A stretch of DNA of 63,588 nt, counting the filler. It is 8 parts of 8 records of this genome, joined end to end, with 100 filler letters (N's around TTAATTAATTAA, not from the genome) between each part and the next. Parts side by side here need not be neighbours in the genome. Positions count along the whole stretch, not along the records: positions 31,630 to 40,526 come from SRR31156797_40806; positions 40,627 to 53,046 come from SRR31156797_40834; 6 more parts are not named here. One strand, 5' to 3'. Below are positions 37,812 to 47,544 of this stretch, piece after piece. Position 1 is the first letter of the stretch. The number at the start of each line of letters is the position of its first letter. Below the pieces are notes generated by a model. It did no database searches. It worked only from the letters and a program-made list of their open reading frames with translations, and was not told where the DNA came from. The position numbers and the translations under genes were made by a program.

Positions 37812-38286
37812 AGGTCAGAATCTGTCCCATCTTGTCCAGCTCATGCATCCTGGTATAGACGGGGCTCTTCACCTTATGGGATTTGACATCCAGTCGGACC
37901 ACCTTCAGATAGAGCTCGTTCAGGCGATCGGCAAGGATATTCAGATTGGACTTCAGGTTGTCTGCGGCCATGCCGGCGAGCACCCTTTCGGAGGGAGAGG
38001 CGTCTTTCAGGAAGTTGCTGTTCTTGAGTCCGGGAAGAACATCCATACGGGCCCTGTAAATGAAAACGGCCAGAGAATAGATACCGTTATACAGTTCTTC
38101 GAACTTGTAGCCCTGATTCCGGTACATCTCGAGCTTATCGGTAATGCTTTCGATCGCATTCCTCTGATCATAGGGCATATCCATGGACAGAAGAGCCGAA
38201 CGGATATAGGAGTTGCTCATATTGCTTTTGTAATGCTTGCGAACCTCATCAAGCAAATCAAATATCTCATAATCAAAAACAGGCAC
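37789..38286 (-). CDS. Conserved hypothetical protein
   Basis: 165-aa ORF with a GGAGG SD before GTG; its 3' end overlaps the convergent queG. Confidence 0.7.
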   Translation of the reverse strand: MPVFDYEIFDLLDEVRKHYKSNMSNSYIRSALLSMDMPYDQRNAIESITDKLEMYRNQGYKFEELYNGIYSLAVFIYRARMDVLPGLKNSNFLKDASPSERVLAGMAADNLKSNLNILADRLNELYLKVVRLDVKSHKVKSPVYTRMHELDKMGQILTSTVPGLV

Positions 38287-38336
38287 GAATAAACCTCCAA
38301 GGTCTATCTAATATTGTAGCGTGATTCGCCAAAAAC

Positions 38337-39260
38337 TCAATCCCCGGATGAAAGATAAAGTGCCCCCTGACGGCTTCCGCGCCGCTCAAGCTCATTCCTG
38401 ACAAGAGAATAGACCGCCGACTTATTGAGAAAGGCCCCCGGTATCTTATGCCTCTTCCCGGGCGTGTCGGTGGTCAGCCTCATGATTATCGTCTCCTCGG
38501 GAAGCCGTTCCAGGGCATCGGCCACATAAGCGACGTGCCGGCGGCTGGAGGGGAAGGAGAGCTCTCCCAGGGCGTACTCGGCAAAAAGAGGAGAGCCTGT
38601 GGGGATATGAAGGTTATGAAATTTGACTCCGTCGGGCTTCAGCCCGGCCAGATACTTCACGCTGTCTGAGATTTCCGGACCGTCCTCTCCGGGCAGGCCG
38701 AAGATCAGATGGGCGGCGATCTTTACACCGGCCTCTCTCAGCATCCCGAAGGCCCGTTCGAAACAGGCCCGGTCATGTCCCCGGTTGATCCTCTCCAGGG
38801 TGACGTCGCATGCGGATTGGAGCCCCAATTCCACCCAGACGTCAAAACCTTCCCTCTTATAACTGCCCAGAAGGGCGGAAACCTCTTCATCGACGCAGTC
38901 GGGCCGGGTCGAAACCACAAGCTCAACGAAATTGCCAAGGGAGAGACCATGGTCATAGATGCGCTTCAGTTTGCCCACAGGGGCGAAGGTACTGGAGTAG
39001 GCCTGAAAATAGAGGATGTACTGACTGGCTCCGTAACGTTTCTTCATGGCCGCCATAGAGCTTCGGATCTGCTCCTCCATCGCGATATCCTCTTCTCCCA
39101 GATAGGTGGATCTGACGCCGTAGACATCGCAGTAGCGGCAGCCCGGATTCGTCCGCTCACTCCCGCGGTTGGGACAGGAGAAACCGCCGTCCACACCGAT
39201 CCTGTAAACGGTTCCGCCGTACTTCGATTTGAGGTAGTCGCTGTAGTTACGAAAAAGCAT
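38337..39260 (-). CDS. TIGR01212 (YhcC-family) radical SAM protein
   Basis: DGGFSCPNR......GCRYC, YFQAYS.T, STRPDC, WVELGLQS, INRGH, GVKFHNLH. Confidence 0.92.
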   Translation of the reverse strand: MLFRNYSDYLKSKYGGTVYRIGVDGGFSCPNRGSERTNPGCRYCDVYGVRSTYLGEEDIAMEEQIRSSMAAMKKRYGASQYILYFQAYSSTFAPVGKLKRIYDHGLSLGNFVELVVSTRPDCVDEEVSALLGSYKREGFDVWVELGLQSACDVTLERINRGHDRACFERAFGMLREAGVKIAAHLIFGLPGEDGPEISDSVKYLAGLKPDGVKFHNLHIPTGSPLFAEYALGELSFPSSRRHVAYVADALERLPEETIIMRLTTDTPGKRHKIPGAFLNKSAVYSLVRNELERRGSRQGALYLSSGD

Positions 39261-39322
39261 ATCACATTATTACGGCTCCCCCGCTTATTGACAACCCGGA
39301 CCCCAGCGCCTACAGTCAAGTC

Positions 39323-40526
39323 ATGATTCATCGTTTCACCCTTTTCTGCGCCCTGCTCCTCCTTCTCTTCAGCTGTAAAAAGGAGAATCCCCAGTTGACG
39401 GTTTACTCGGACAGCCCCGAGGCCGCCGTCATGGTAGACCTTTTCAACCAGACTCAGAAGCGCTTTCGCGCCCGCTTCATCTATGCCTCCGCAGAACAGA
39501 GAGAGGGAAGCGGCCCCGGAAACAGCGAGGTCGTCATCTGCCGCGACATCCACAGCTCCGTGTACAAAGAAAGGATGAGAAATCTGGACGGCTACAGGAC
39601 GACGCCCTTCGTTTCGTCCATATACCCGGGCATACTCAGAACCGGTGTGAGGGGGAACGAACTGAAAACGATTCCCATCTCCCTGGAGCTTCCGGCCGTT
39701 CTCAGCCCCCCCGGCCTGGGAGAGGGCAACAAATTCATCAGCTGGGATGAGATGACGAAGATCTCCCGGGACTTCAATGAATGGAAGGATGAGCTCCTGG
39801 TCCGATGCGGCTTCTCTCCGCTCTGGTCCGACAGCTTTCTCAAGGCCTTGTTCAATACGAACGTCAGCCTCGGTGCCGGAATGGATTCGGAAGCCGACTT
39901 CCATCCCGTGACAGAAAGCGCGGACAGCCTGGTCGATTGGATTCAGGATCTGAACGGGGGCCTTGAAAGGGACAGCTCTTTTTCAGATAAGTACAGATAC
40001 ATCCCCGACTACAGACTGATAATGGAGGGAAGAAGCGGCTTCACGGTCCTCCCTCTCTCCTCATGGGCCCAGCTGCCCGATTCCATAAGCCGGGAGCTGG
40101 ACATGCGCCTGCTGAACCCAGGCAACGGACTGATCGCCCTGAATATCATATCGGTAGGGCTTCCCGAATCCTCGGAAAACCCCGAGGGAGCCGCCGTGTT
40201 CCTTGAGTGGCTGCTGAAAGATTCGACCTGGGAAGACTATCTGAAGCTCAACTCGCGCTACAGGGATGAGAGCTTCACCTTTCTCGGTGGCCTCTCCGCT
40301 TCCGAAGACCTCAATGTCAGGCTCCTTCCCGAATACTTCCCCGCCGCGGCCGGCATCACCCCCCGGAAAGGGGAGTTCGATATTCAACCCGAGCTGCCAC
40401 CCCAGTGGAGCAAGGCCTGGGAGGATCTTTTCCTTCCCCTTTTCAGAGACAGGATTGAGGGCGGCGACGTCAGGTTTTCCGAAAAATACAAAAAGTGGGA
40501 GCTCCAGAATCCCGATCCCTGGGAAT
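39323..40526 (+). CDS. Lipoprotein, solute-binding-protein-like; runs into the gap
   Basis: LLLLFS-C lipobox; IPISLELPA and A..FLEWL motifs of SBP_bac-type proteins. Confidence 0.7.
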
Positions 40527-40626
40527 NNNNNNNNNNNNNNNNNNNNNNNNNNNNNNNNNNNNNNNNNNNNTTAATTAATTAANNNNNNNNNNNNNNNNNN
40601 NNNNNNNNNNNNNNNNNNNNNNNNNN

Positions 40627-40650
40627 GGGAAACACTTGCAAGTGTTTCCC
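40627..40650. repeat. REP-like perfect palindrome at the contig start
   Basis: GGGAAACACTTG-CAAGTGTTTCCC. Confidence 0.6.
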
Positions 40651-40735
40651 CTTCCCGATTCCCTTCAGAAACATTTAATTTGCTTCGCACATATCTTTCT
40701 AGGACTGTCGTCGATTAAGGGCAGTTTCACTTTTG

Positions 40736-40770
40736 GCAGGCTGGTCTGATTTTGACCGGGCTGCTTTTTT
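40736..40770 (+). terminator. Rho-independent terminator-like hairpin
   Basis: GCAGGCTGGTC-TGATTTT-GACCGGGCTGC-TTTTTT. Confidence 0.6.
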
Positions 40771-40836
40771 ATTTGGTCATTAGTTTGTTGTGGGTAAAAT
40801 TTACAGAGGGCGTCATTTTATTGTATCGCTTTTATT

Positions 40837-41394
40837 ATGATTAAACACAGAACCGAAAGGCTTGTTTTGCGTGGATGGCAATCCTGCGATTACGCACGTT
40901 TTGCCCGTATTAATGCTGATCCTGATGTTATGCGTTATTTTCCAGCGCCTCTTTCAGAAGCGGAAAGTAATGCCAATGCTGATGTGATAAGGGGGTTGAT
41001 TGAGGAACGTGGCTGGGGATTCTGGGCTGTCGAGATACCGGATGTTGCTCCTTATATCGGCTTTGTCGGTTTGCATATACCAATTGTTAAATTGCCTTTT
41101 TCGCCATGTGTAGAGATCGGTTGGCGCTTAGATAAACAGTTCTGGGGGCATGGTTATGCCACAGAAGCGGCCGTGTTTGCATTGGAATACGGTTTTTTAA
41201 GACTTGATCTGGATGAGATTGTTTCCTTTACTTCTACGCAAAATAAAGCGTCACAAGCAGTGATGAAAAGACTCGGCATGCGCCGTGAAAGTGAAACATT
41301 TGAGCATCCGTCAGTTCCTGTTGGCAATTCTTTGCGTGAGCATTTTCTTTATCGGTTACATAGGGATGCTTGGGTTGAAATACAGCGCGGATAA
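40837..41394 (+). CDS. GNAT (RimJ/RimL-type) N-acetyltransferase
   Basis: TERLVLR, EIGWRL...FWGHGYATEAA, N.ASQ.VM.RLGM. Confidence 0.92.
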   Translation: MIKHRTERLVLRGWQSCDYARFARINADPDVMRYFPAPLSEAESNANADVIRGLIEERGWGFWAVEIPDVAPYIGFVGLHIPIVKLPFSPCVEIGWRLDKQFWGHGYATEAAVFALEYGFLRLDLDEIVSFTSTQNKASQAVMKRLGMRRESETFEHPSVPVGNSLREHFLYRLHRDAWVEIQRG

Positions 41395-41516
41395 GTGAAT
41401 TTTGCAGGACTCAAAATTATTCCAAATTGCGTTTTTGGACTCGTTCTGCGCCAAGTCTATTTAGTATGCTTTTGCCAAGTGTCTGATAATTAGTTGTATT
41501 TATTGTATTGAATTTG

Positions 41517-41533
41517 TTGGCCTCCTTTATGCA
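41517..41533 (+). promoter_or_regulatory. Sigma54 -24/-12 promoter
   Basis: TTGG-CCTCCTTTAT-GCA gives GG-N10-GC, 44 nt upstream of the ATG at 41577. Confidence 0.65.
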
Positions 41534-41576
41534 AAGTTAAATGAAAAGAGTAATTAATTTCAGAACAGGAGGCATT

Positions 41577-42083
41577 ATGCTCATCGCTGTAAGTGCAAAT
41601 AATTCTAATGTGGATAGCCCGTTTGAACCTCGTTTCGGCAGGGCTGCTGGGTTTATGATCTTCAATAGCGAAACTGGCGAGAAATATTTTGTTGATAACT
41701 CCGTCAATGCTCAGGTTGCTGGCGGGGCAGGATTACAGACAGCTCAGTTACTGGCTGATCAGGGTGTTAATGTTGCTATTTCCGGTACTTTCGGCCCTAA
41801 GGCTGAGCAGGCTTTACAGGCAGGCCGCATTGAAATGGTTGCTGTGCAGTCCGGTTCTGTGCGTGAACTTGTCGAGAATTATGTGGCTGAATTCGCTGGT
41901 GGCGGTCAGCCTGTTGCTGATTTGAAAAGGTCACCCAATAGCTTGAATCGCTTTGGCGGTGGATGCCGTCGCATGGGTGGAAGTGGACGCGGAATGGGTA
42001 TGGCTGGAGGCGGTCGTGGCATGGGGGGCGGCGGTCGCGGTATGGGCGGTGGAGGCCGTGGTATGGGCGGCGGACAATATTAG
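41577..42083 (+). CDS. NifB/NifX-fold (Orange protein-like) protein with Gly/Arg/Met-rich tail
   Basis: IAVSA...PRFGRAAGF...GGAG.Q.AQ...G.FGPKA; tail (GGRGMGG)n; AGGAGG SD. Confidence 0.88.
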   Translation: MLIAVSANNSNVDSPFEPRFGRAAGFMIFNSETGEKYFVDNSVNAQVAGGAGLQTAQLLADQGVNVAISGTFGPKAEQALQAGRIEMVAVQSGSVRELVENYVAEFAGGGQPVADLKRSPNSLNRFGGGCRRMGGSGRGMGMAGGGRGMGGGGRGMGGGGRGMGGGQY

Positions 42084-42100
42084 AATACAGGAGGTTCAGG

Positions 42101-42478
42101 ATGACTAAGATCGGAATGATCCGCTGTGAAAAGAACGAGAATAAATGTCCGTTGACTAATTGTATTAAATCACATGATCAGGCCATACAGGGCTTCAGTG
42201 CTTATGAAGAATGTTCACTGGCAGGTGTTTTTACCTGCCGTTGCCCCGGTGGCAATTTCACCGAAATGGTCAAGATTTTAAAAGCCAAGGGTGCGGAATC
42301 CGTGCATGTAGTGACCTGCTCCTTCTCTAAAAAAGAGCAGGACGGTTGGAAATTAGGAAATGGTTTCTGCGATAAAATTGATGAGCTGGCAGGTTGTGCC
42401 GCAGCAGAAGCTGGTATACCTGTTACCAAAGGAACAGCCCATCTTCCGGAAGGATATAAACCTGAGGTGTTCAAGTAG
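42101..42478 (+). CDS. CGGC-domain-like metal-binding protein
   Basis: KIGMIRCE....CP...C, G.FTCRCPG, VH..TC, FC, GTAH; AGGAGG SD. Confidence 0.8.
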   Translation: MTKIGMIRCEKNENKCPLTNCIKSHDQAIQGFSAYEECSLAGVFTCRCPGGNFTEMVKILKAKGAESVHVVTCSFSKKEQDGWKLGNGFCDKIDELAGCAAAEAGIPVTKGTAHLPEGYKPEVFK

Positions 42479-42511
42479 TCCTATTAGACAACGCCGCGAA
42501 GCATAATAAAT

Positions 42512-42548
42512 AAAAAAATCCCCGCACGGTTAATCATGCGGGGATTTT
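42512..42548. terminator. Bidirectional terminator between convergent genes
   Basis: AAAAAAATCCCCGCA-CGGTTAATCA-TGCGGGGATTTT. Confidence 0.8.
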
Positions 42549-42570
42549 AAATTGTTTTGCTAAAAGCAGT

Positions 42571-43449
42571 CTAGATCAGGCCGCTTTTTTTGAGCTGTGC
42601 TTCGAGTTTTGCACTGCTTTCGTCCATGAGCGGAACCAGCGGCAGTCTGAAGGATGTCTCAAATTTACCCATCATACCCAGAGCTGTTTTCACCGGGATG
42701 GGGTTGGTTTCAACGAACATGACCCTGTTCAGAGGCTGCATCTTGAAGTGCAGTTCCTGAGCTTTTTTCATGTCCCCAGCCTTGTATGCCGCACACATAC
42801 CGGACATCATGTCAGGTACAATGTTGGAGACAACGGAGATTACGCCGTGTCCGCCAAGGGAGAGCAGGGGCAGTACTGTGAAGTCGTCACCGGAAAGTAC
42901 GGTGAACCCTTCTGGGCACTGTTCGATCACATCGGAAACCTGACCGAGATTGGCGGTTGCTTCCTTTACACCAACAACATCGGGAACTTCATTCGCGATC
43001 ATGGCAATAGTTTCGGGCAGGGCATTGAGTCCTGTCCTTCCTGGAACATTGTAAAGGATGAAGGGCATGGATGCCTCTTCGGAAAGGGCTTTAAAGTGCG
43101 CCAGCAAGCCCGCCGGGGTCGGTTTATTATAGTATGGTGTAATCTGGAGGGTGGCATCTGCGCCTGCCTGTTTAGCAAGCTTAGTCAGGTTTACGGCTTC
43201 CTTAGTATTGTTGGAACCCGCGCCAGCGATGACCGGGACACGTCCCTTGGCCTGCTCGACACAGATTCTAATAACCTCACCTTGTTCGTCATGGGTCATT
43301 GTTGCCGCTTCGCCGGTAGTACCGCAAGGTACAAGACCGTCGATCCCCTGTTCGATCTGCCACTCGATCAGTTCGCGGTATGCGTCCTGATCAATCTCTC
43401 CGTTCTTGAACGGAGTGACCAGAGCAGTGAATGCTCCTTGGAATGTCAT
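42571..43449 (-). CDS. dapA: 4-hydroxy-tetrahydrodipicolinate synthase
   Basis: [42 protein letters not shown]. Confidence 0.97.
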   Translation of the reverse strand: MTFQGAFTALVTPFKNGEIDQDAYRELIEWQIEQGIDGLVPCGTTGEAATMTHDEQGEVIRICVEQAKGRVPVIAGAGSNNTKEAVNLTKLAKQAGADATLQITPYYNKPTPAGLLAHFKALSEEASMPFILYNVPGRTGLNALPETIAMIANEVPDVVGVKEATANLGQVSDVIEQCPEGFTVLSGDDFTVLPLLSLGGHGVISVVSNIVPDMMSGMCAAYKAGDMKKAQELHFKMQPLNRVMFVETNPIPVKTALGMMGKFETSFRLPLVPLMDESSAKLEAQLKKSGLI

Positions 43450-43470
43450 GTTAAAGCCTCCAAATTTAAT

Positions 43471-44358
43471 TTACTTATCGTCCGAAATACCACTGAGCAG
43501 CTTTACGACTTCCGGCTCTTCGCGGAGCTTTTCAGTCAAGGTCTGCAGAAACCATTTTACGTTTTGGCCGGAAGACCATTTAAAGTCTTCACCTCTTGAA
43601 GGCCAGTCGTAGATATCGATCCTGTTGACCGCTTTTCCGGTAGGGTAGCTGCGAACCCACAATGTCTTACCTTTTGCGGTAAGGCTGCCGGATAGTCCCG
43701 GTCCGTCACCGCTCCCGAGGAGAATGTCCGGAGGAGCCTCGCCAATGACCGGATTGGCGAGAAATTTTTTCTCCCTGAAGTAGCCCCATGAACTCATGGC
43801 AATTACCAGATCCGCCTTATCCCTGTTTTCATTGATCAGTGTGGCGCATTCATCAATAAGATCATCAGGAAGGTCGTCGGAGCCTTTTTCAAGGTATGGA
43901 AGAATGATTATTGCCGCCTTCTTACCATTGGCAATAGGCTTATAGATAACCTGTGCTTCCATGTTGCCGATCCAGTTTTGCGTAATTCCTTTGGGGGAAT
44001 TTTGCAGAAAACTCATTTCGGCAGGACTAAGAATTCCTAAATCATAATTAATGATTTGGAAAGCTTCAGTCAGCGCATTTCGTTTTTTATCGGAAACTTT
44101 TTCGCCGGAAGTCGGCAGAAATTCAAAAGCACCGCCCAGTATCAGGACGTCATGTTTCTGTGCTACCCGCAGATCCAGAAGATAACCGGCCCTCCGGGCC
44201 AGGCCCCCAAGGGTTTTGTTTCCTCAGGTGGGGCAGGGATTCACAGTCCCGAAAGTATTGGCGGTGTCAGCAATAGACAATAGCACATCCTTACCAGCAT
44301 GGGCCACTGAGGTCCCCATGCTGGTAAGGATAAGAAAAGCAAATATGAGAAGGCGCAT
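43471..44358 (-). CDS. UshA-like selenoprotein (295 aa, Sec at codon 45)
   Basis: ATG at 44358 overlaps the upstream TAA. Signal peptide, then ...DTANTFGTVNPCPT-TGA-GNKTLGGLARRA, in frame with the 181-aa ORF in the track. TGA is at 44224-44226. Confidence 0.85.
44186..44202 (-). promoter_or_regulatory. Putative bacterial SECIS hairpin
   Basis: Minus strand CTGGCCC-GGA-GGGCCGG; the G-containing loop is about 28 nt downstream of the in-frame UGA. Confidence 0.7.
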
Positions 44359-44633
44359 TAAGCGTTCAAATATTCTTTCAGTTCTTTACCGGGACGGAAA
44401 AAAGGCAGTTTCTTGGGGGTAACGTCTACGACAGCACCTGTTTTAGGGTTGCGACCGGTGTACCCTTTGTATTCTTTCATTTTAAAGCTGCCGAATCCTC
44501 TGATTTCAACTCTGTCGCCGCGAACAAGTGCCTCTTTGATGGCATCTACAAATGCATCAACAATTTCGGCTGATTCATCCACGTGGAGACCCTTTTCTTC
44601 CGCAAGACCCTTGATCAGTTCGCTTTTGTTCAT
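44358..44633 (-). CDS. ihfB: HU/IHF family DNA-binding protein (IHF-beta-like)
   Basis: MNKSELIK...GDRVEIRGFGSF...GRNPKTG...PFFRPGKELKE. Confidence 0.85.
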   Translation of the reverse strand: MNKSELIKGLAEEKGLHVDESAEIVDAFVDAIKEALVRGDRVEIRGFGSFKMKEYKGYTGRNPKTGAVVDVTPKKLPFFRPGKELKEYLNA

Positions 44634-44726
44634 GTCCTCTCCCACATCGTGTTGAGTGTGACAAGCTAGTGTTTTACCATTTCTAATACAACTATGCCGA
44701 AAAGTTACCCTTTTCGTCAAGCATAA

Positions 44727-45551
44727 TTAGTCGTCCAGTGTTGGAAATTTTTTCATGACAGGTTTTTCACTGAGTCTGCCCATATTTTCCATTCTGATTT
44801 TCTGAATTTTGACCGCAATATTCAGGATATCTCGGCTGGCTTCAGATTTCGGTGCATACTTAATGAAAGGAATCTGCCGTCTTACAGCTTCTGTTACCGC
44901 CGGATCATAGCGCACATAGCCCATATTTTTCAACTTAATATTAAGAAATTTTTCGCAGGCCATATTCAAGCGTTCAAAGGTCTCCCGGGCTTCTTTGTTG
45001 TTGGATGCCTGGTTTACTATTATGTTGAAATCACTGACATTGTGTTGAGAGTGCAGCACCTTGATCAGGGCGTAGCTGTCAGTCAGTGAGGTCGGTTCCG
45101 GTGTTATGACCACGATTCTCATTTGAGTCATGGCAGCAAAAGAGAGCACTGTTCCGTTGATTCCGGCACCGAGGTCGAGCACTAGATATTGGTATCCGCC
45201 TACAAGATCGGTTATTTTGCTGAACAGGAGCTCCTGCATATCTTCGTCCATTTCAACCAGTTCCGGTACACCGGAAGCTGCGGGCAGGATATCGAATTTC
45301 TTTCCTTGTTCAATAGGGATGACAATATCGGACGGTTTGGCTCCGCTGGTGAGCAGGTCTTGCATATTTGATTCCGGGGAAATGCCCAGCAGAACATCAA
45401 GGTTGGCCAGTCCTAGGTCGCAGTCCATGAGCAGCAGGCTGTTTCCTCCGGTGTTTAAAGCATAGGAAAGATTAAGGGAGAGGTTGGTTTTCCCGACTCC
45501 GCCCTTACCGCTCATGATAGCAAGGCTTAATGTTTTATTGGCGTTGATCAT
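44727..45551 (-). CDS. MinD/ParA family ATPase (FlhG/FleN-like)
   Basis: SGKGGVGKTN, DCDLGLAN, DLGAGI, TPEPTSLTDSYALIK. Confidence 0.9.
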   Translation of the reverse strand: MINANKTLSLAIMSGKGGVGKTNLSLNLSYALNTGGNSLLLMDCDLGLANLDVLLGISPESNMQDLLTSGAKPSDIVIPIEQGKKFDILPAASGVPELVEMDEDMQELLFSKITDLVGGYQYLVLDLGAGINGTVLSFAAMTQMRIVVITPEPTSLTDSYALIKVLHSQHNVSDFNIIVNQASNNKEARETFERLNMACEKFLNIKLKNMGYVRYDPAVTEAVRRQIPFIKYAPKSEASRDILNIAVKIQKIRMENMGRLSEKPVMKKFPTLDD

Positions 45552-45566
45552 GTCTTATCTTTTCCT

Positions 45567-46439
45567 TTAGTTTCCCGTGAATAAAAATTTTTTTTCATTG
45601 GCGTGCACAAGGGTTTCCTTGGTCACTGTTTCAAAATCCAGAATGTCGGCAGAGTAGACCTGATCTTTGCCGGACTTTTTGGCATCGTAAAGGGCCTTGT
45701 CCGCCTTACTTATCAGTTCATGCATTTCAACTTCTACCATGCCTTTAAAGCAGGATATCCCGGCAGAGCAGGTTACTGAAAAAGTCTCATTGCTTCCTGG
45801 TATGGTAAAAGTCAGGCCGCGAATTTTTTCCAGCAGTCTCTCGAGTAATTGTTTGGCTTTTACCAGCCCCACCCCGGATAAGATGATTGCAAATTCCTCC
45901 CCGCCGATGCGGGCAACGAGGTCGTAGCGCCGTGAGTTCTGGGAAAGGAGGTCTGCAAAATCAATCAGTACTTCATCTCCTTTCAGATGCCCCCACGTAT
46001 CGTTGATTCTTTTGAAATTATCCAGATCAAGTATAGCAAGAGTTAAAGGGGTTCTACTTCTTCTGGTTCTTTCTATTTCCTGATCAAGGGTTCTTTCAAA
46101 GACCCTGCGGTTGGAAAGTCCGGTCAGTGGGTCATGTTCAGTCTTATAGGAAAGTTCTCGCAAAACTGATTGCACGTGGTTGAGATGCGGGGCCATGTCC
46201 CGGTCAAGGGGGACAGTCATCCAGTCATTCAATCCGTGTCGTTCCGCAAGAATTTCCCAAGCCTGAAGAGTCATCCCCGGGCAAAGCCGTAATACGGCAA
46301 GTCCTTCCGGGCATTCGTGGGCGTGGCAAACTCCTTTCTCATTACAGAATCTGTCTCGCACGGAAAGTAGTTCCTCGAGAAGACTGGCTTCATTTTCAGC
46401 GATGTACTCAGCGCTCATTTTCTCCGCCGTATGCGTCAA
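45567..46439 (-). CDS. Diguanylate cyclase
   Basis: DPLTGLSNRR, DLDNFKRINDTWGH..GD, RRYD I-site, GGEEF. Confidence 0.92.
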   Translation of the reverse strand: MTHTAEKMSAEYIAENEASLLEELLSVRDRFCNEKGVCHAHECPEGLAVLRLCPGMTLQAWEILAERHGLNDWMTVPLDRDMAPHLNHVQSVLRELSYKTEHDPLTGLSNRRVFERTLDQEIERTRRSRTPLTLAILDLDNFKRINDTWGHLKGDEVLIDFADLLSQNSRRYDLVARIGGEEFAIILSGVGLVKAKQLLERLLEKIRGLTFTIPGSNETFSVTCSAGISCFKGMVEVEMHELISKADKALYDAKKSGKDQVYSADILDFETVTKETLVHANEKKFLFTGN

Positions 46440-47527
46440 GCATGTATTTTCTGATCAGGCCGTCAAGTTCGCCGTCCAGAACCGCTTCGACATTGCCGTC
46501 TTCGGCTCCGCAGCGATGGTCCTTGACCAGTCGGTAGGGTTGCAGAGTGTATGTCCTGATCTGACTGCCGAATCCGATAGAATCTTTGGTGGCGTAGTCA
46601 GCTCTTTTGCTTGCTTCCTGCCTCTTGAGTTCCTGCTCGTAGAGCCGGGACTTGAGGACTTTCATTGCGGTTTCTTTGTTTTTCAGTTGAGATTTTTCAT
46701 TCTGGCACTGAACAACAATGTTGGTGGGCAGGTGTGTGATGCGTACCGCAGAGTTGGTTTTGTTGACGTGCTGCCCGCCGGGACCGCTGGCCCGGAAAAC
46801 ATCAAGGCGGATGTCCTCGTCTTTGACTTCAATTTCAATATCTTGTGAAATTTCAGGATATACGTCTACGGAGGCAAAGGATGTATGTCTTCTGCCTGAA
46901 GCATCAAAGGGAGAAATGCGGATCAAACGATGGATCCCGGCCTCTCCTTTGAGGAAACCATATGCGTAGAGTCCTTCAACACGAAGAGTTACGCTTTTGA
47001 TTCCGGCTTCATCATCAGGCTGGTAGTCAAGATAGCTGGTTTTCCAATTGCGTTTGTCTGCCCAGCGCAGGTACATGCGCAGCAACATTTCCGCCCAGTC
47101 CTGTGATTCGATTCCACCCGCTCCGGGGTGAATTTCAAGAATAGCTGTGCTTTTGTCTTCCGGTCCGGAAAGCAGGGCGGCAAGCTCGGTTTGTTCCACA
47201 AGCTTAGCAAGCTTTTCAACGTTCTCGGAAAGGGCTTCAAGGATTTCCTGATCCTGATCTTCCGAAGCCATCATCAGCCATTCTTCAACATCATCTTTGC
47301 TTGAAGAAAGGCTTTCATAAGAAGCGACCTTTTCTTCAAGCATGGATTTTTCGCGCAGGACCGGGGTCAGTGCGTCCGGTTTGTCCCATGCACCGGGTTT
47401 GCTCAGGTCGTGTTCTATTTCTTCAAGTCTTTCCTTGCTCTGTGCGTGGTCAAAGACGCCCCCAAAGGGATTCGTATTTTTCTATGCAGGCTAAAGCCTT
47501 GGATCTGAGGTCTGAAAATTGAAGCAT
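46408..47527 (-). CDS. prfB: Peptide chain release factor 2 with programmed +1 frameshift
   Basis: ATG at 47527, 25 codons ending GGG CGT CTT TGA C (47449-47455); the +1 frame joins the ORF with SPF and GGQ motifs. Confidence 0.96.
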
Positions 47528-47544
47528 GTTTTGAAATAATTCCT

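Noticed and set aside
41577-42083. NifB/NifX-fold gene as evidence of nitrogen fixation
   Set aside because: There are no nif structural genes, and this fold is common in non-nif Orp-type operons.
41963-42100. N-terminal extension of the CGGC-like ORF
   Set aside because: It is an alternate-frame reading of the Gly-rich tail of the upstream gene. The true start is 42101, after AGGAGG.
44224-44226. In-frame TGA as a nonsense mutation (pseudogene)
   Set aside because: The CxxU context, the downstream hairpin and the intact frames on both sides favour selenocysteine.
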